From positions 19,326,468 through 19,390,467 of the forward strand of contig NC_068989.1 in NCBI RefSeq assembly GCF_001194135.2: a stretch of DNA of 64,000 nt, written 5' to 3'. Numbering within the stretch: position 1 is the first letter of the stretch; the number at the start of each line of letters is the position of its first letter. Source of the stretch: Octopus bimaculoides (Eukaryota). Under the pieces are notes generated by a model, which was given only the letters and a program-made list of their open reading frames with translations, was not told the origin of the DNA and did no database searches. The translations under genes were made by a program, and so were the position numbers. Below, in pieces: positions 13,386 to 25,379 of the stretch.

Positions 13386-16300
13386 CTTTCAGTTTCTGCT
13401 TACCAAATCCACTCACAAGGCTTTGGTTGGTCCAGGGCTTTAGTGGGAGACATTTACCAAAGTTGCCTTGCAGTAGGACCGAACCCAAAACCACACAGTT
13501 GGGAAGGAAACTTCTTAACCACACAGCCATGCCTGTACTTATGTCTTTGACACCCTGTTGTTCCATAATTCACTCACATTTTCTTTGGTTTGAACAATGT
13601 GCACCCAATCAAATAGCAATATAAAAAAAATTAAATTTCAATAAACACCGTTAATTAGCATGGAATTCCTGTAATTACATAACTTAATAATTTGAATTTA
13701 GAATATATAACAGCTGTAAATTAATGCCTTAGAAAAGTGAGAAAAAAAATTTTTTTAAATACATACACACATGCATTTGGTCATACTCCCTCAACTCTAA
13801 ATTTTTACAGAAGTCCTGCAGACATAATCTGAGATGTGTCAAAACTAGAAACTTTAATTATTGGCCAAATTAGATACAGAAGTAAAGGAGTGATGTAATG
13901 AATGCCATACAGTAATATTTCTTAATTGAAATTTCCCTCTTAGTAAACGATACAAATCAAAAAGATAGTTAGTGGCAGTTGTTAGAAACTCCCTAAGAAG
14001 GAGGGGAGATAATTTCAAGATATGCATTTTTTATCGGTTGGCGTATATCAGAATTGATCAGTGACCAAAATGTTTGCTGAAGCTGGTGCCACTTAGAAAG
14101 CAGTGGTAATGGTGCTACCTCAAAAGCACCCAGTATGATCTGTAAAGTGGTTGGCATTAGGAAGGCTATACAAAACTGTAGAAACTGAGCCAAAACAGAC
14201 TATGGAACCTGGTGTGTCTCCTGGCTTTGCCAGTTCCTGTCAAGCCATCCAACCATTGCCAGTTTGAAAAACAGATGTTAAAGGATGATGATGGTGATGA
14301 ACATTGACTCTTGTTAGATTCATTGGTTTGGAGCTGCTCCTGACTGATGAGACATAATGATGTGAAGACACCAGCTGTTCTTTACAACCAGATTCCTTTG
14401 AGTATATTTGTCATCATCATCATCAGTTTACCATTCACTTTTTCATGCTTGTATGGGTCAGATGGAATTTATTCAGGCAAATTTTCTACAGCCAAATGCT
14501 CTTCCTGTTGCCCACCCTCATCTGTTTCTAAGCAAGATGATATTTCTCCATGAACAGACATAGTCTTGAAGGATATTGGAAATGAGTGACACTGCTTGAC
14601 AATCATTTACAACTATCACACAATGTCAGGACAAGGAGACAAATGCACATNNNNNNNNNNCACACATATACATATAACAGGTTTTTTTTCAGTTTTCATC
14701 AACCAAATTCACTTGCAAGTCTTTGGTTAACTCAGGATTACAGCAGAAGACACTTGCCCTATTTGCCTCACAGTAAGACTGAACCCAGAACCATGTGTTT
14801 GGGAAGCAAATAGCCACAGTGTTATGAACACATTCATCGTAAAGGAAAAGATGTTCCCCTGTGACAAACACGACAGTGATTAGCATATTCATATGCAAGG
14901 CATCACTTTGAACCTTGCTGTTTGTTGTGCATATAATGATGAACCTGTAAATTAATCTTTCTAAATTAATTTGGAAGATTAATAGGCAAGGAATAATATG
15001 GATATATGTCTCTGTTAGAGTACAGTTTAATCAGGCCTACATGGTCAGTTGACAAAACCATAAGTATCAGAAGAAAAGTTACAAATAATATTTGGCCAGT
15101 ATAATTACATAAGTAAGGATAAATTGAGTGAAAGGGTTATAACTGAAATTGAATACAGTTTATGGTTCTCTGGTATATAATTTCATACAGAGAAAGTAAG
15201 TATGCAATTATTATAGCACTTGAAAACTCTTGTTTATACCACTCCCCATCAGATACCTTATTTACCATACTCTTTGTATTCATCACCATCAGCAGCAGCA
15301 ACAACATCAAGTCTTGCTTTTTGAATGTTGATGGATATTATATTGTCAAACACTGTTTTATTGTTGTTATGGTCAATGCTGTGATTCCTCTGGAATGTGT
15401 TCCTCGGTGTTAAATCATATTCTTATGTTCTAAGTGAATCTTTTCAAGTAGTTTAACATCTTATTTGCACCAGTTTATACTCACCAATGTAACCTTTATT
15501 GCTATATCCACCATAGATAATTTGGGCTGTTTTATTCTCTCTTCTTTTCACATGAAACTCACTCTTGTAGTATACATTCTGATCAAGCCCAATTCAAGTC
15601 TTTGCCACAGTAGTATATTCCCTCTATGATTTATTTTCCAATGTATTACATCAAAGTTTAACATAAGTTTCACAAATTTATTTTCTTTCCTTAGATTATT
15701 CAACATTAAAACACTCTTCCTATGTGTGTTTATCCTCAACCAGCTTCTTTCTTTTCCTTTAACAACAGTAAGGTAAATTGTAAATGACTATCTTAGTCTT
15801 CTAAATCTCCTTTTCAAGTCGTTGCACACCAGATATCTTTGTGGTTTTGCTGGTGGTGGTGGTGGTGGTGGTGGTGTTGGTGGTGGTGGAGGAGGTGGTA
15901 GCAGGGCTTCTATTTGTAATACAAATAAATTGAAAAAGCAATGAAAGAGTAAAAATAGATAAAATTGTTATTTAACTCTTAGGTATCCACACCTCTACTC
16001 CTCATCCATTGCAGATATAATGAAAGAACAGATGTGAGTGTTATTTTCAAATCTTTTGTGTATCTTGAATAATGTTCTAGTTTAGAATAAAGAAAAAATA
16101 TATAAATATGCAGAAAAATAAAAAGTCTGAACATTCTCATCTTGGCTTTTATCTGTTCTATTTTCTGGTATTTCTCAAGAATCCCTTCCTTATAAATGGT
16201 TTCTTTGTCTTGACATTTACTTTGGTGTTAATCCTGTTGTTGCTTGTAACCTTTGTGTTTTGACTAAGAAGGAGTTTTGTCTGTAGACTCATTAGCTGTC

Positions 16301-16739
16301 ACTGAATAAATTTAAAGAAAAAAACTTCTTTCTTTCTGTGTGGAAGGATAGCAATGTCTTATATTAAAGAAAAGACAAAAACTGTTTTAAATTACGTCAA
16401 AGGTCACTTCTGTTGATAGATTACAAAATGACATTCTTGAAATGGGAGGTGGAAAAAAAAAATGAATTTCCTGGATATTTAGAAAGCTGTAAGAAATTGC
16501 TGCAGCTTCTGCTATTGAAAGAATAAATTCAGCTATTATCTTATATAATCTAAAACAAAAAACTCCAGAAGCTGATCAATTTCAGAGAATGAAATAATGA
16601 ACATGGCTGTATGGTTAAGAAGTTCACTTTGCAACTATGAGTTTTCAAGTTCAGTCTCACTACACAGCACCTACTATAGCTCCAAGTTGACCAATTCCAT
16701 ATCAGTGAATATGGTAGATGGAAACTGTGCAGAAGCCTG

Positions 16740-16794
<55 letters not shown>

Positions 16795-16797
<3 letters not shown>

Positions 16798-16921
16798 GGT
16801 GTCCACAAAGTCTGGGTACATGGGGATTAACACATACTTTAAGAAATGATTATTTCTTATATTTAATTGTTTATGTTATGATTTTATTTACTCCATGTAC
16901 CCATACCTTGTGGACACCCTG
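16795..16921. mobile_element. 127-bp Tc1/mariner-type MITE inside (TA)n
   Basis: 29-bp TIR CAGGGTGTCCACAAAGTCTGGGTACATGG with 2 mismatches, flanked by TA. Confidence 0.9.
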
Positions 16922-16959
<38 letters not shown>

Positions 16960-17055
16960 TAGTAATGGTATGACAACAAAAGAATGAATGAGACCTCGAT
17001 ATTGTGTAAATAGAGGAATTTATCTGTAATATATGTAACAATTATTTGGTTGCCA

Positions 17056-17118
17056 TAATAAAACTCCAAGTTTCGGATGTCTGGGCAGAAATCTTCTCTG
17101 CCATCTTGTCAGTTATTA
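17056..17118 (-). ncRNA. Degenerate type I hammerhead relic
   Basis: Minus strand reads TAATAA-CTGACAA-GATG-[GCAGA/TCTGC hairpin plus bulge]-CATC-C-GAA-ACT-TGG-AGT-T-TTATTA. Stem I is a perfect 6 bp and stem III is 3 bp. The core has G8 to A. Confidence 0.5.
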
Positions 17119-17119
17119 A

Positions 17120-17830
17120 GACAATCAAAAAATGCTTAACAGAGTTTTCAGGGAGATTCAGTGTAACACAGAATGTGACAAGGTTGATGTTTGAAATACA
17201 GGTACAACTCATTTTTCCAGCTGAGTAGACTACTACATAATATATTAATTCCAAGAATGAAATTACTTCTCTGGAATTATAGTTTTTATGAAATGGTTCC
17301 TTTAAGGAAAGCTGTTCATTTCTATGCATTCTGTTGGCTAGTATTTGCAGGAGCACTAACTGAAGAAGCCACTCGGATTTTTAAATTTACTTTAATCTGC
17401 TATAAATACATGTTCATCCCTCGAAGTAATGAGGACCATCTAGCAATCTTTATGGATGACTGATGACTTGCATGGCAAACTTGTTTTGATTGGAGGAGAA
17501 TTACATGCTGTCAACCTTACTCTTTCATCCTTGGACATTTTCAATCCAGTGATATGACAAAGTTGAGATAACTGGGGATGGAAACAGATGCAGTGGATTA
17601 TCAAAATGTGATCAAAATATCTTTGTTTGCCACATCTTATTCTCTGCAGTTCACAGTGTGTTGCTGCAGCTGACTTCTCCTCCATTTTACAATGAAGGCT
17701 TCTTCTGCAGAGTCCACAAGATCCTGTCTTCCCATACATAGGTAAACAAGCCCATTGTTATTTAACCCATAACTAGGGACCCTGCCAGGTGTTACTATTC
17801 CTTGTCTGAGTACATCTGTGAACGATAATG
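17120..17830 (-). mobile_element. Possible heavily decayed Penelope-like RT fragment upstream of the HHR relic
   Basis: Frame-broken peptides (TMG..VYLCMG, NKDILI, CFHPQL, ISHP) loosely resemble Penelope RT motifs and lie in the same orientation as the HHR. Confidence 0.35.
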
Positions 17831-17959
17831 GCAAAGAAATGGTTCCTCATTCCTCAAAAACATTAGAACTTTTGCACCAAGGCACCACTGGTGGATGCAG
17901 TTTAAAGGACATACATACACATATGTGCACGCGTGCACACACACATACACACTTGACCA

Positions 17960-18130
17960 GGTCATCAGATGTTGTTATATGCCGCTAGTCACAATGTGCC
18001 TCCAATTTTGTCTTGATTGCACCATCCTTTTCTATCTTGACCCAAATTGCTTGATTAAATCATCTTCCCATCATCATGGAAGCCATCTAAGTGATCTTTT
18101 CCGATCTCTTGGATACCATTCATACACACA
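17960..18130 (-). mobile_element. RTE LINE 3' fragment
   Basis: EWYPRDRKRSLRW..WEDDLIKQFG..MVQSRQNWR resembles the RTE C-terminus. Confidence 0.65.
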
Positions 18131-18905
18131 CACAGTGTGTATGTGTGTGTGGTGTGTGTATATATATGGAGTGGGAGACATGTTTGAGTTTGTCTCTCTC
18201 TACTGGACAGTTGGTGTAAGTTTGTTTACATCCCTGTAATAGTAGATCAGTAAAATAGCTGATAGAATAAGTATTGAGGTTAATTTCATTGATTCCTTCT
18301 CTAAAAATAAAAGAGTTTAGCATCTAATTAAATGTGACATGAAGCTCACTTGGGGAGCTTCATGTCACATTTGATAGACAATGATAGACAGTGACACCAC
18401 TGCAATCACATATTTGAATTATTCGTATCCATTTTATAATAAACCTTCATTTGGTGAAAAACTCTAAAAAAACTTGAATAAAATTTGAACTCAGAATTAT
18501 CATTAGCATCATTTAAAATCCATATTAAAATCCATTTAAAATCCATATTAAAATATTAACATCATTTAAAATCCATCCATGTGTTGTGCTCCAGTGTCTG
18601 TTTTGTCATTGTCTTTATGTCTGGACGCCCTTCCTAACACCAACCACCTTATAGAATATATTGGGTGTTTTTTCATGCTATCAGCTCTTGTGAAGTCACC
18701 ATGCTGCAAGACTACAAATTCTGAGTGTGGGATGTTGGTAACTGTGTTACATCAAAATGCAATAGTGTAATGCATCCATTCTGCTATTCTTACTCTTCGG
18801 CAAATGTTTCTATTTAAAAGAACATTATTTTTTTTTTAAATATTGATCAGCAATAATCAGGCATGTCATTTTTTTTTTTCCTCTTTTCTATATTTTGTTC
18901 TTCAG

Positions 18906-19017
18906 TCTTGAATAAACGTCTTGATAAAAGAGTTGATGATATGCTTCAGCGAGGTCTTGTCAATGAGCTGCTAGATTTCCACAAACAGTACAATGAATCC
19001 AGGATAAAAGAAGGCAC
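18906..19017 (+). CDS. TRIT1: Internal exon (112 nt) of tRNA dimethylallyltransferase: (V)[36 protein letters not shown](T)
   Basis: A polypyrimidine tract and TTCAG acceptor end at 18905; the GTAAGT donor starts at 19018. The frame is open. The peptide matches the IPP-transferase segment I recall from human TRIT1 ([26 protein letters not shown]). It is not in the ORF track because it is short. Confidence 0.95.
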
Positions 19018-19167
19018 GTAAGTTGAACAATCTTATTATATTTCTTGTTCAATACCATCTTATTTGAAGTTGCTGATATATATATAAATATATAGATATA
19101 GATATAGATATATAGTACATATATATAGATATAGAGTAAAAGAGAGTAGATATATATACATATATAT

Positions 19168-19449
19168 GAGGGCACATGGCCTAGTGGTTAGGGTGTTGCA
19201 CTCACAATCGTGAGATCATGGTTTCAATTCCCAGATCGGGTGGTGCATTCTATTCATTTCACATTGTTCTGCAGTCACTTCAACACTTGACACATGGTAC
19301 ACCGTACAACTGTTCAGGCAACATTGACATAGTGGAGAGAGTGAGCTAATGTGCAGCACAAATATTTGATTACTATAAACAAACCATTTGTGCAGTTCAT
19401 CCCGCAAAAGCTGAACAGTCATATGTCGTCTTCGGCTGGAGAATCCATC

Positions 19450-19450
<1 letters not shown>
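19168..19450 (+). mobile_element. tRNA-derived SINE, family D (old)
   Basis: Head GGCACATGGCCTAGTGGTTAGGG..GGTTTCAATTCCC; related to 4063-4330 (+) and 60820-61110 (-). Confidence 0.65.
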
Positions 19451-19480
<30 letters not shown>

Positions 19481-19483
<3 letters not shown>

Positions 19484-20006
19484 TTTTGGATGATTACAGT
19501 CCCTGTCAGTACATATGTATACAATTATGTGCTTTAACTATTTGCATTGGAGCTTTTTAGCTCTTATTTCTAGCAATGTAGGTGTTCTAATACCCTAGTC
19601 ATATTTAGTGACAATTATAGTTTTCCTTTTTAGTAACACATTGCATACGGCTGCCTATATTAATATTTTGTATACACATTAGCAATTCTCTAAATCACCC
19701 ATAGATTTTTATGGCGAATAGATATATACTGACAGAGAATTCAGTCCAGAATCAGCCGAACCAAACGCTCCCTACTGATGAAGCTATGGAATTAGCTGAA
19801 ACTGACTGATCAGTATAAGGAATTCTTGACTGATGTTTTCAGGCAATTACAGCCTCTGTTAGTACATATGTATATAATTATGTGCTTTAACTACAGCATT
19901 GGAGCTTTTTAGCTCTTATTTCTAGCAATGTACGTGTTCTAACACCCTAGTCATATTTAATAAAAATTATAGTTTTCCTTTTTGGTAACATATTGCACAT
20001 GGCTGC

Positions 20007-20008
<2 letters not shown>
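19481..20008 (+). mobile_element. HHR-bearing partial tandem element (~1.5 copies of a ~353-bp unit), retrozyme-like or Penelope pseudo-LTR-like
   Basis: Direct repeats 19493-19656 and 19846-20008 (~90% identical by hand count) flank a spacer holding the HHR. The element is bounded by (TA)n and (CT)n(AT)n. Confidence 0.7.
19741..19833 (+). ncRNA. Extended type I hammerhead ribozyme with intact core
   Basis: Core CTGATGA 19775-81. Stem II AGCTA/TAGCT with loop TGGAAT. GAA 19798-800. Stem III ACTGA/TCAGT with loop CTGA. GUA cleavage triplet, cut at 19815^19816. Stem I TCCCTA/TAAGGA pairs 5 of 6, and a distal helix 19741-52/19822-33 pairs 11 of 12. Confidence 0.85.
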
Positions 20009-20058
<50 letters not shown>

Positions 20059-20146
20059 GAGAATATACAAATAATAACAACAGACGAGGACAGGTGGTGT
20101 AAATAACAAAAGTATATATTAGTATGACGCTCGGGAATACGGAAAG

Positions 20147-20183
20147 TCTTTGACGTTTCGAGCTATGCTCTTCAACAGAAAGA
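20147..20183 (-). ncRNA. Minimal type I hammerhead motif with A6U core variant, in a Penelope-like terminal fragment (~20057-20222)
   Basis: Minus strand reads TCTTT-CTGTTGA-A-GAGC-ATA-GCTC-GAA-ACGT-C-AAAGA. Stem I is a perfect 5 bp, stem II is 4 bp, and stem III is the palindrome ACGT. Confidence 0.7.
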
Positions 20184-20945
20184 ATACGGAGACAAGGAGA
20201 AAAACACGGAGAAAAAAAATTGTCCAACTGACCCTACTGTATTGTCTAGTCATCAAAATCAAAAACAATCAATGCACATGTGTGAAATTAAAAATATAAA
20301 ATTGCNNNNNNNNNNNNNNNNNNNNNNNNNNNNNNNNNNNNNNNNNNNNNNNNNNNNNNNNNNNNNNNNNNNNNNNNNNNNNNNNNNNNNNNNNNNNNNN
20401 NNNNNNNATATATATATATATATATATAAAAAATCATAGTCATGATCCACAAGTGAGTATGACCTGGTAGCATATACCATATTTTTGCTAACTGTTTTCA
20501 GTATCTATGCAGTCATAAGCAGGCATAGGTACTCTCTCAGCCCTCCTACTTTTGAACCAACAGAATTTCAAGGAGGCGATAACTAAAGACAGAGAGAGAG
20601 AGAGCTGTATCATCATTTGGCTATGACTTGTTTTCAGCTAAGTAGACTGAAGCAAATGAAATGTATTGCCTTGCTGAAGGACACAGCAAATTTTCTGGTC
20701 TGGGAATTGATCATGAACTTAATTCTCTAACCATCAGGTCAAAAGCCTTTATATTTCAGTATCGTTCTTTTGTTTTTCCGTCTGTTTTATCATCCGGGTA
20801 TGGGTTTGATAAATGTATTACTGAGACATTATAAAATCCCAGCTTGTAGTTCAGCTTGTAGTAAACAAACATGCACGGAGAGAGAGAGTGAGACACACAT
20901 ACACACAAAATTAAATAAATGCAATAAATCAAAAATTAAATAAAC

Positions 20946-21177
20946 AAGGCGGCGAGCTGGCAGAAATGTTAGCACGCCGGGCAAAATGCTTAGCGGTATT
21001 TCGTCTGCTGCTACGTTCTGAGTTCAAATTCCGCCGAGGTCGACTTTGCTTTTCATCCTTTTGGGGTCGATTAAATAAGTACCAGTTACACACTGGGGTC
21101 AATATAATCGACTTAATCCATTTGTCTGTCCTTGTTTGTCCCCTCTGTGTGTAACCCTTTGTGGGTAGTAAAGAAAT
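20946..21177 (+). mobile_element. tRNA-derived SINE, family B (resembles octopus OK-type)
   Basis: AAGGCGGCGAGCTGGCAG..GAGTTCAAATTCCGCCG head. Older partial copies lie near 4730, 12215, 28745, 28945, 31905, 41465, 48350 and 59680. Confidence 0.85.
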
Positions 21178-22943
21178 AACACAAAATTAAATAAATGACA
21201 AAGGAAATTATACATTGAACTTCATTAGCTTACAGCTGTTTCTGCTATAGGATGCAAACGCTTTATTCTGAAGCATATACATTTTGAGTTCTAATGCCAG
21301 GTATCACTATGCCTATGCAAAACATGAAAATGCACACAAACATACATATACATACATACAAAATTGACTTTCAGTTTCTGTTTGCCAAATCCACTTGTGC
21401 TTTAGTCAGCTCAGGGTTATAGTAGAAGACAAGGTGCTGTGCAGAGGGACTGAACCCAAAACTACATAGTTGGGAAATGAAGTTTACCTACATGGACATG
21501 CATGTGCATGATATATGTAGAGGCAGGCATGGCTGTGTGATTAAGAAGTTCTCTTTCCAACCATAAGGTTTTGAATTCTAAAAATTGCTGCTTAATTTTT
21601 ATTTCCTTTCTCTGAAAAAGACAGAAATTTCAATTAATAATTGTTTGTGAATAACATTCAGTACAAAATGTCATAACTTAATCTAACAATTCTTAGTTGT
21701 ATTCATTATTGCTTTAATTGTTTATTGGGTTGTTTCTCAATTAAGTATAGTATATTTGTATTGTCCTTGAGGGTACTTATTACTCGGTAAACAGCTTGGA
21801 TACAACCATAAAAAAAATAATATTATTTTTGATGATACTGTAATATATTAGAGTGGAAGTAGAGTAGAATTCTTGTAGACTAGTCAAGTTCATGACACCA
21901 TTAAAAATAGTTACTCACCTAACAATGACGGTAAAATGGTGGTGGTAGCAACGGTGTCGGCAGCAATGATGACGATGATGATGGCTGTAAGGAGAAAGAA
22001 GAAATGAGTGTAACTCTAGCATTCAGATTACTATGTCAAGTACAATGCTTATTTATTCATATTGTTTTGAATTAATTATATATTATCTTGTAGCTTCAAG
22101 AATACAATAGCATTATTGCTTATTTTTAGAATGACATTGTAGGGTAGGTATGAGAGGTCAAATCTAGCTGGTTTGAACATAAAACAGGTATAATATTTGG
22201 GCTAGATATGGCTGGTTTAAATGCCAAAGGGTTAAGTACTTTTGTTGGATGTGTGTCTAAGATAACATACTTTGATTGATGAACTGTACTCTATGTAACC
22301 AAGCATTTATATGATATAGAATATGACTTCAGTTCTGTAGATATCAGATGCTAAACTTGTGCATTGCTTTTAGATTTTTAATTGGCAGTCCCTGTGGCAC
22401 TAGATCCTAAGCTATTCTAACTGCTACTACTTCGAGAACAACAACATAAACTACTAAATACAACCACAACCACAACAATATGTACTGCTGCTAAAACAAC
22501 TAATTAATAAATCAATAAGATATGGTAGGTCAGTTAGGAAATCATTTACATTTTACATAGCAGGGACCTAATAAAACAGTAGGGTGGATTATAAACATAA
22601 CATAATGGCCAAAGATTCTGCTATTTTCACTTTTTAAAGAGTATTTCAGTATGAAATAAGTTCTTCTTTGAGAGCTAAATAAAGATTGGACCATTAACTT
22701 CATGTTATATATTTTCATTTCCTACTATGTTTCAGTCAGTATGGTCTTGGCTAATAGTGCGCAAATACCATATGTTTCCATACATACTTACATTATACCA
22801 TTTCCGCTGCGCAAGCTTTGATCATAGAAACACTTACTGAAATTCAGTTTCAATATTAGCTTAGAGATTTTTTGTGAGTTGCATTAGCTGTTTGTGACTT
22901 TAAACTTAGCATACATTGGACATCATTACTGTTATCATCATCA

Positions 22944-23327
22944 TACTCTTTACTCTTTTACTTGTTTCAGTCATTTGACTGCAGCCATGCTGGAGCACTG
23001 CCTTTAGTCGAGCAAATCAACCCCAGGACTTATTCTTTGGAAGCCCAGTACTTATTCTATCGGTCTCTTTTGCCGAACCGCTAAGTTAGGAGGATGTAAA
23101 CACACCAGCATCGGTTGTCAAGTGATGTTGGGGGGACAAACACAGACACACAAACACATATATATGACAGGCTTCTTTCAGTTTCCGTCTACCAAATCCA
23201 CTCATAAGGCTTTGGTTGGCCCGAGGCTATAGTAGAAGACACTTGCCCAAGGTGCCACGCAGTGGGACTGAACCCGGAACCATGTGGTTGGTAAGCAAAC
23301 TACTTACCACGCAGCCACTCCTGCGCA
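22944..23327 (-). mobile_element. tRNA-derived SINE, family C (most abundant; internal (CA)n/(TA)n)
   Basis: Full copy. Related copies lie near 770-1140, 10620-10980, 26640-26830, 33850-34140, 34200-34590, 36240-36470, 36880-37135, 50052-50380, 54320-54620 and 58930-59215. Confidence 0.85.
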
Positions 23328-25379
23328 TCTTCACTATTATCATTGTTACTGTTTTAACTTCCAGTTTTCCATTCTTGCGTGAATCAGACAGAATTCATTG
23401 AATTAGATTGTTATGGTCAGATATCCTTCTTGTTACCAACCCTCATCTGTTCCCATGTAAGGTAATATTTCCCCATGGCCAGACATGTTTTCATGGAAGA
23501 TTGGAAATAACAACAACAACAACATATGCACACACATTATATTTGAGGAGTTTTGGGATTTTTTAAAACAACTTGAATATCATTCATGTACGTTATCAAA
23601 GTCTTTCTAATCTTGAAAGTAGAGATTAATGAGTTGATTTGCTGCTGAGCAGCTAACAAAGAGGAGGAATAGTCAATGTGCTATCACCACCACTGCATTT
23701 TGTCGTGTGACCCACTATTTAACCCTGAGTAGCTAAGTGTACCTTATTCTGTGTAGGTACCATGGAGTGTAAGAACACTGCAGTAGCGAGAAACCCCTTT
23801 CATAAACCAAAGGTCTTTATTCAGAATATTGTTTGTTCCTCATTTTATTAATGCTATGAGGTTGGATATGGAGAGAGATAAGCACTGGTTCCATTGGTCT
23901 TTCTGATTCTCAGAATTTGTGAGCTAACTTAATAATATTCATCACAGCCATTCTACTTTTGATCAGCTCCTTAAAAGTAATACATAACAATAAAACTTAT
24001 ATTAAAACCTTTACACACCCTGTCTGTCAGTCTGTCACTTTCTGTCTCTCTGTCTCCCTCTCACTCTCTCTGTCTCCCTCTCACTCTCACACACATGCAC
24101 GCAGACATACATGCACATATACACACACACAGAATGTTTTTAAAATACATTTTTACTTAGATATAAAGCATTGAGCTATTAAGATGCAAGTATGTTACAG
24201 TTTAACCAAATGATGACAGTAATGATAATGATGTTTTTTTTAAAAAAAACAAAACAAAAAAACAAATTAGAATTAGGGATTGCCTTTATAAGAGTTCTGG
24301 CTGAAAAGTCACTAATAATGTAACAGGATGTTTACAAATGTTTCTTTTTGTTGAAAAACAAAACCAAAACGTTTGTACCTATAATCTATCATGTACTGTA
24401 ACAGGTGTTTAGAATCACCTGACTGCCTCATTAATGGAAATTGTTTTTTGTTTTTTACCAAGTACCCTTCAACTCCTTCTCTTAGAATCAACATCTGTCA
24501 CCATTCAGAATAATGTTACAAGAGAGAAGAAGAGTTGATGATTAGTTTGTTTTCTTTTGTTATTGTTCATAATGAAATATAATTTATTTAGAAATGTTTT
24601 GGGCCATTAGAAAATAACAAAAATTAAATAGTGTAGTATAAGTTAGGCTGTTGAGCCTCTTGTACTACATACTTTTCAGATATTATTTGTTTCTCTTTCT
24701 CTCTTTCCTTTATAATGTGCCTGTATGTCTGTTCTGTTTCTGTTATTGGTCACAGTCATTGGACTGCAGCCACACATAACATACCACCTTCAAGGGTTTG
24801 GGCAATAGAATTGACCCCTCCTCCAGTTCATTGATTTCAGTTGTGCATTAACTTTATTGATCTATATTTGCTGAGCTGGTAAAGTATGGAGCATGAAAGG
24901 ATACAACATACAACAGCATTTGTTTTAGACTGGTATAAATATGAACACAGATTCCTGCACACATGTGCACAATACACACACACACCACCATCATCATCAT
25001 CAGTTAACATCCATTTTTCATGCTGGCATGTGTTGGACAGTTTGACAGAAGTTGACGAACCAGAAGACTGCCCAAGCTCCAATGTCTACTCTGACATGGT
25101 TTCTACAGCTGGATATGCTTTTCTAGTGCCAACCACTTCACAGAGTGTAGTTGTTGCATTTTACAAGGCATCAACACTGAGTGAGGTCGCCAGGTAACTC
25201 ACAAACAAGACAACCGGGTGAGGTGTAGTATTGAAGGAGGTGGCTTTATGCCAGATGATGAAAAGTTAAAGTATGATAGTCAGACAGAAGCAGGTGTCTT
25301 GCAACAGTGTGTGTGTGTACATTTGTGCGCTGGAGTCAGTTTGTTTGATTAAGCTCTTAAAGAAGATGCCCTGTCATGA

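Noticed and set aside
14344-14380. HHR-like CTGATGA-GACAT..ATGT-GAAGAC..CAGCTG
   Set aside because: GAAA is broken, stem II is incomplete and there is no stem I. At most a very old relic.
24312-24494. ORF MLILREGVEGYLV...
   Set aside because: Short and AT-rich, with no family similarity or supporting splice signals.
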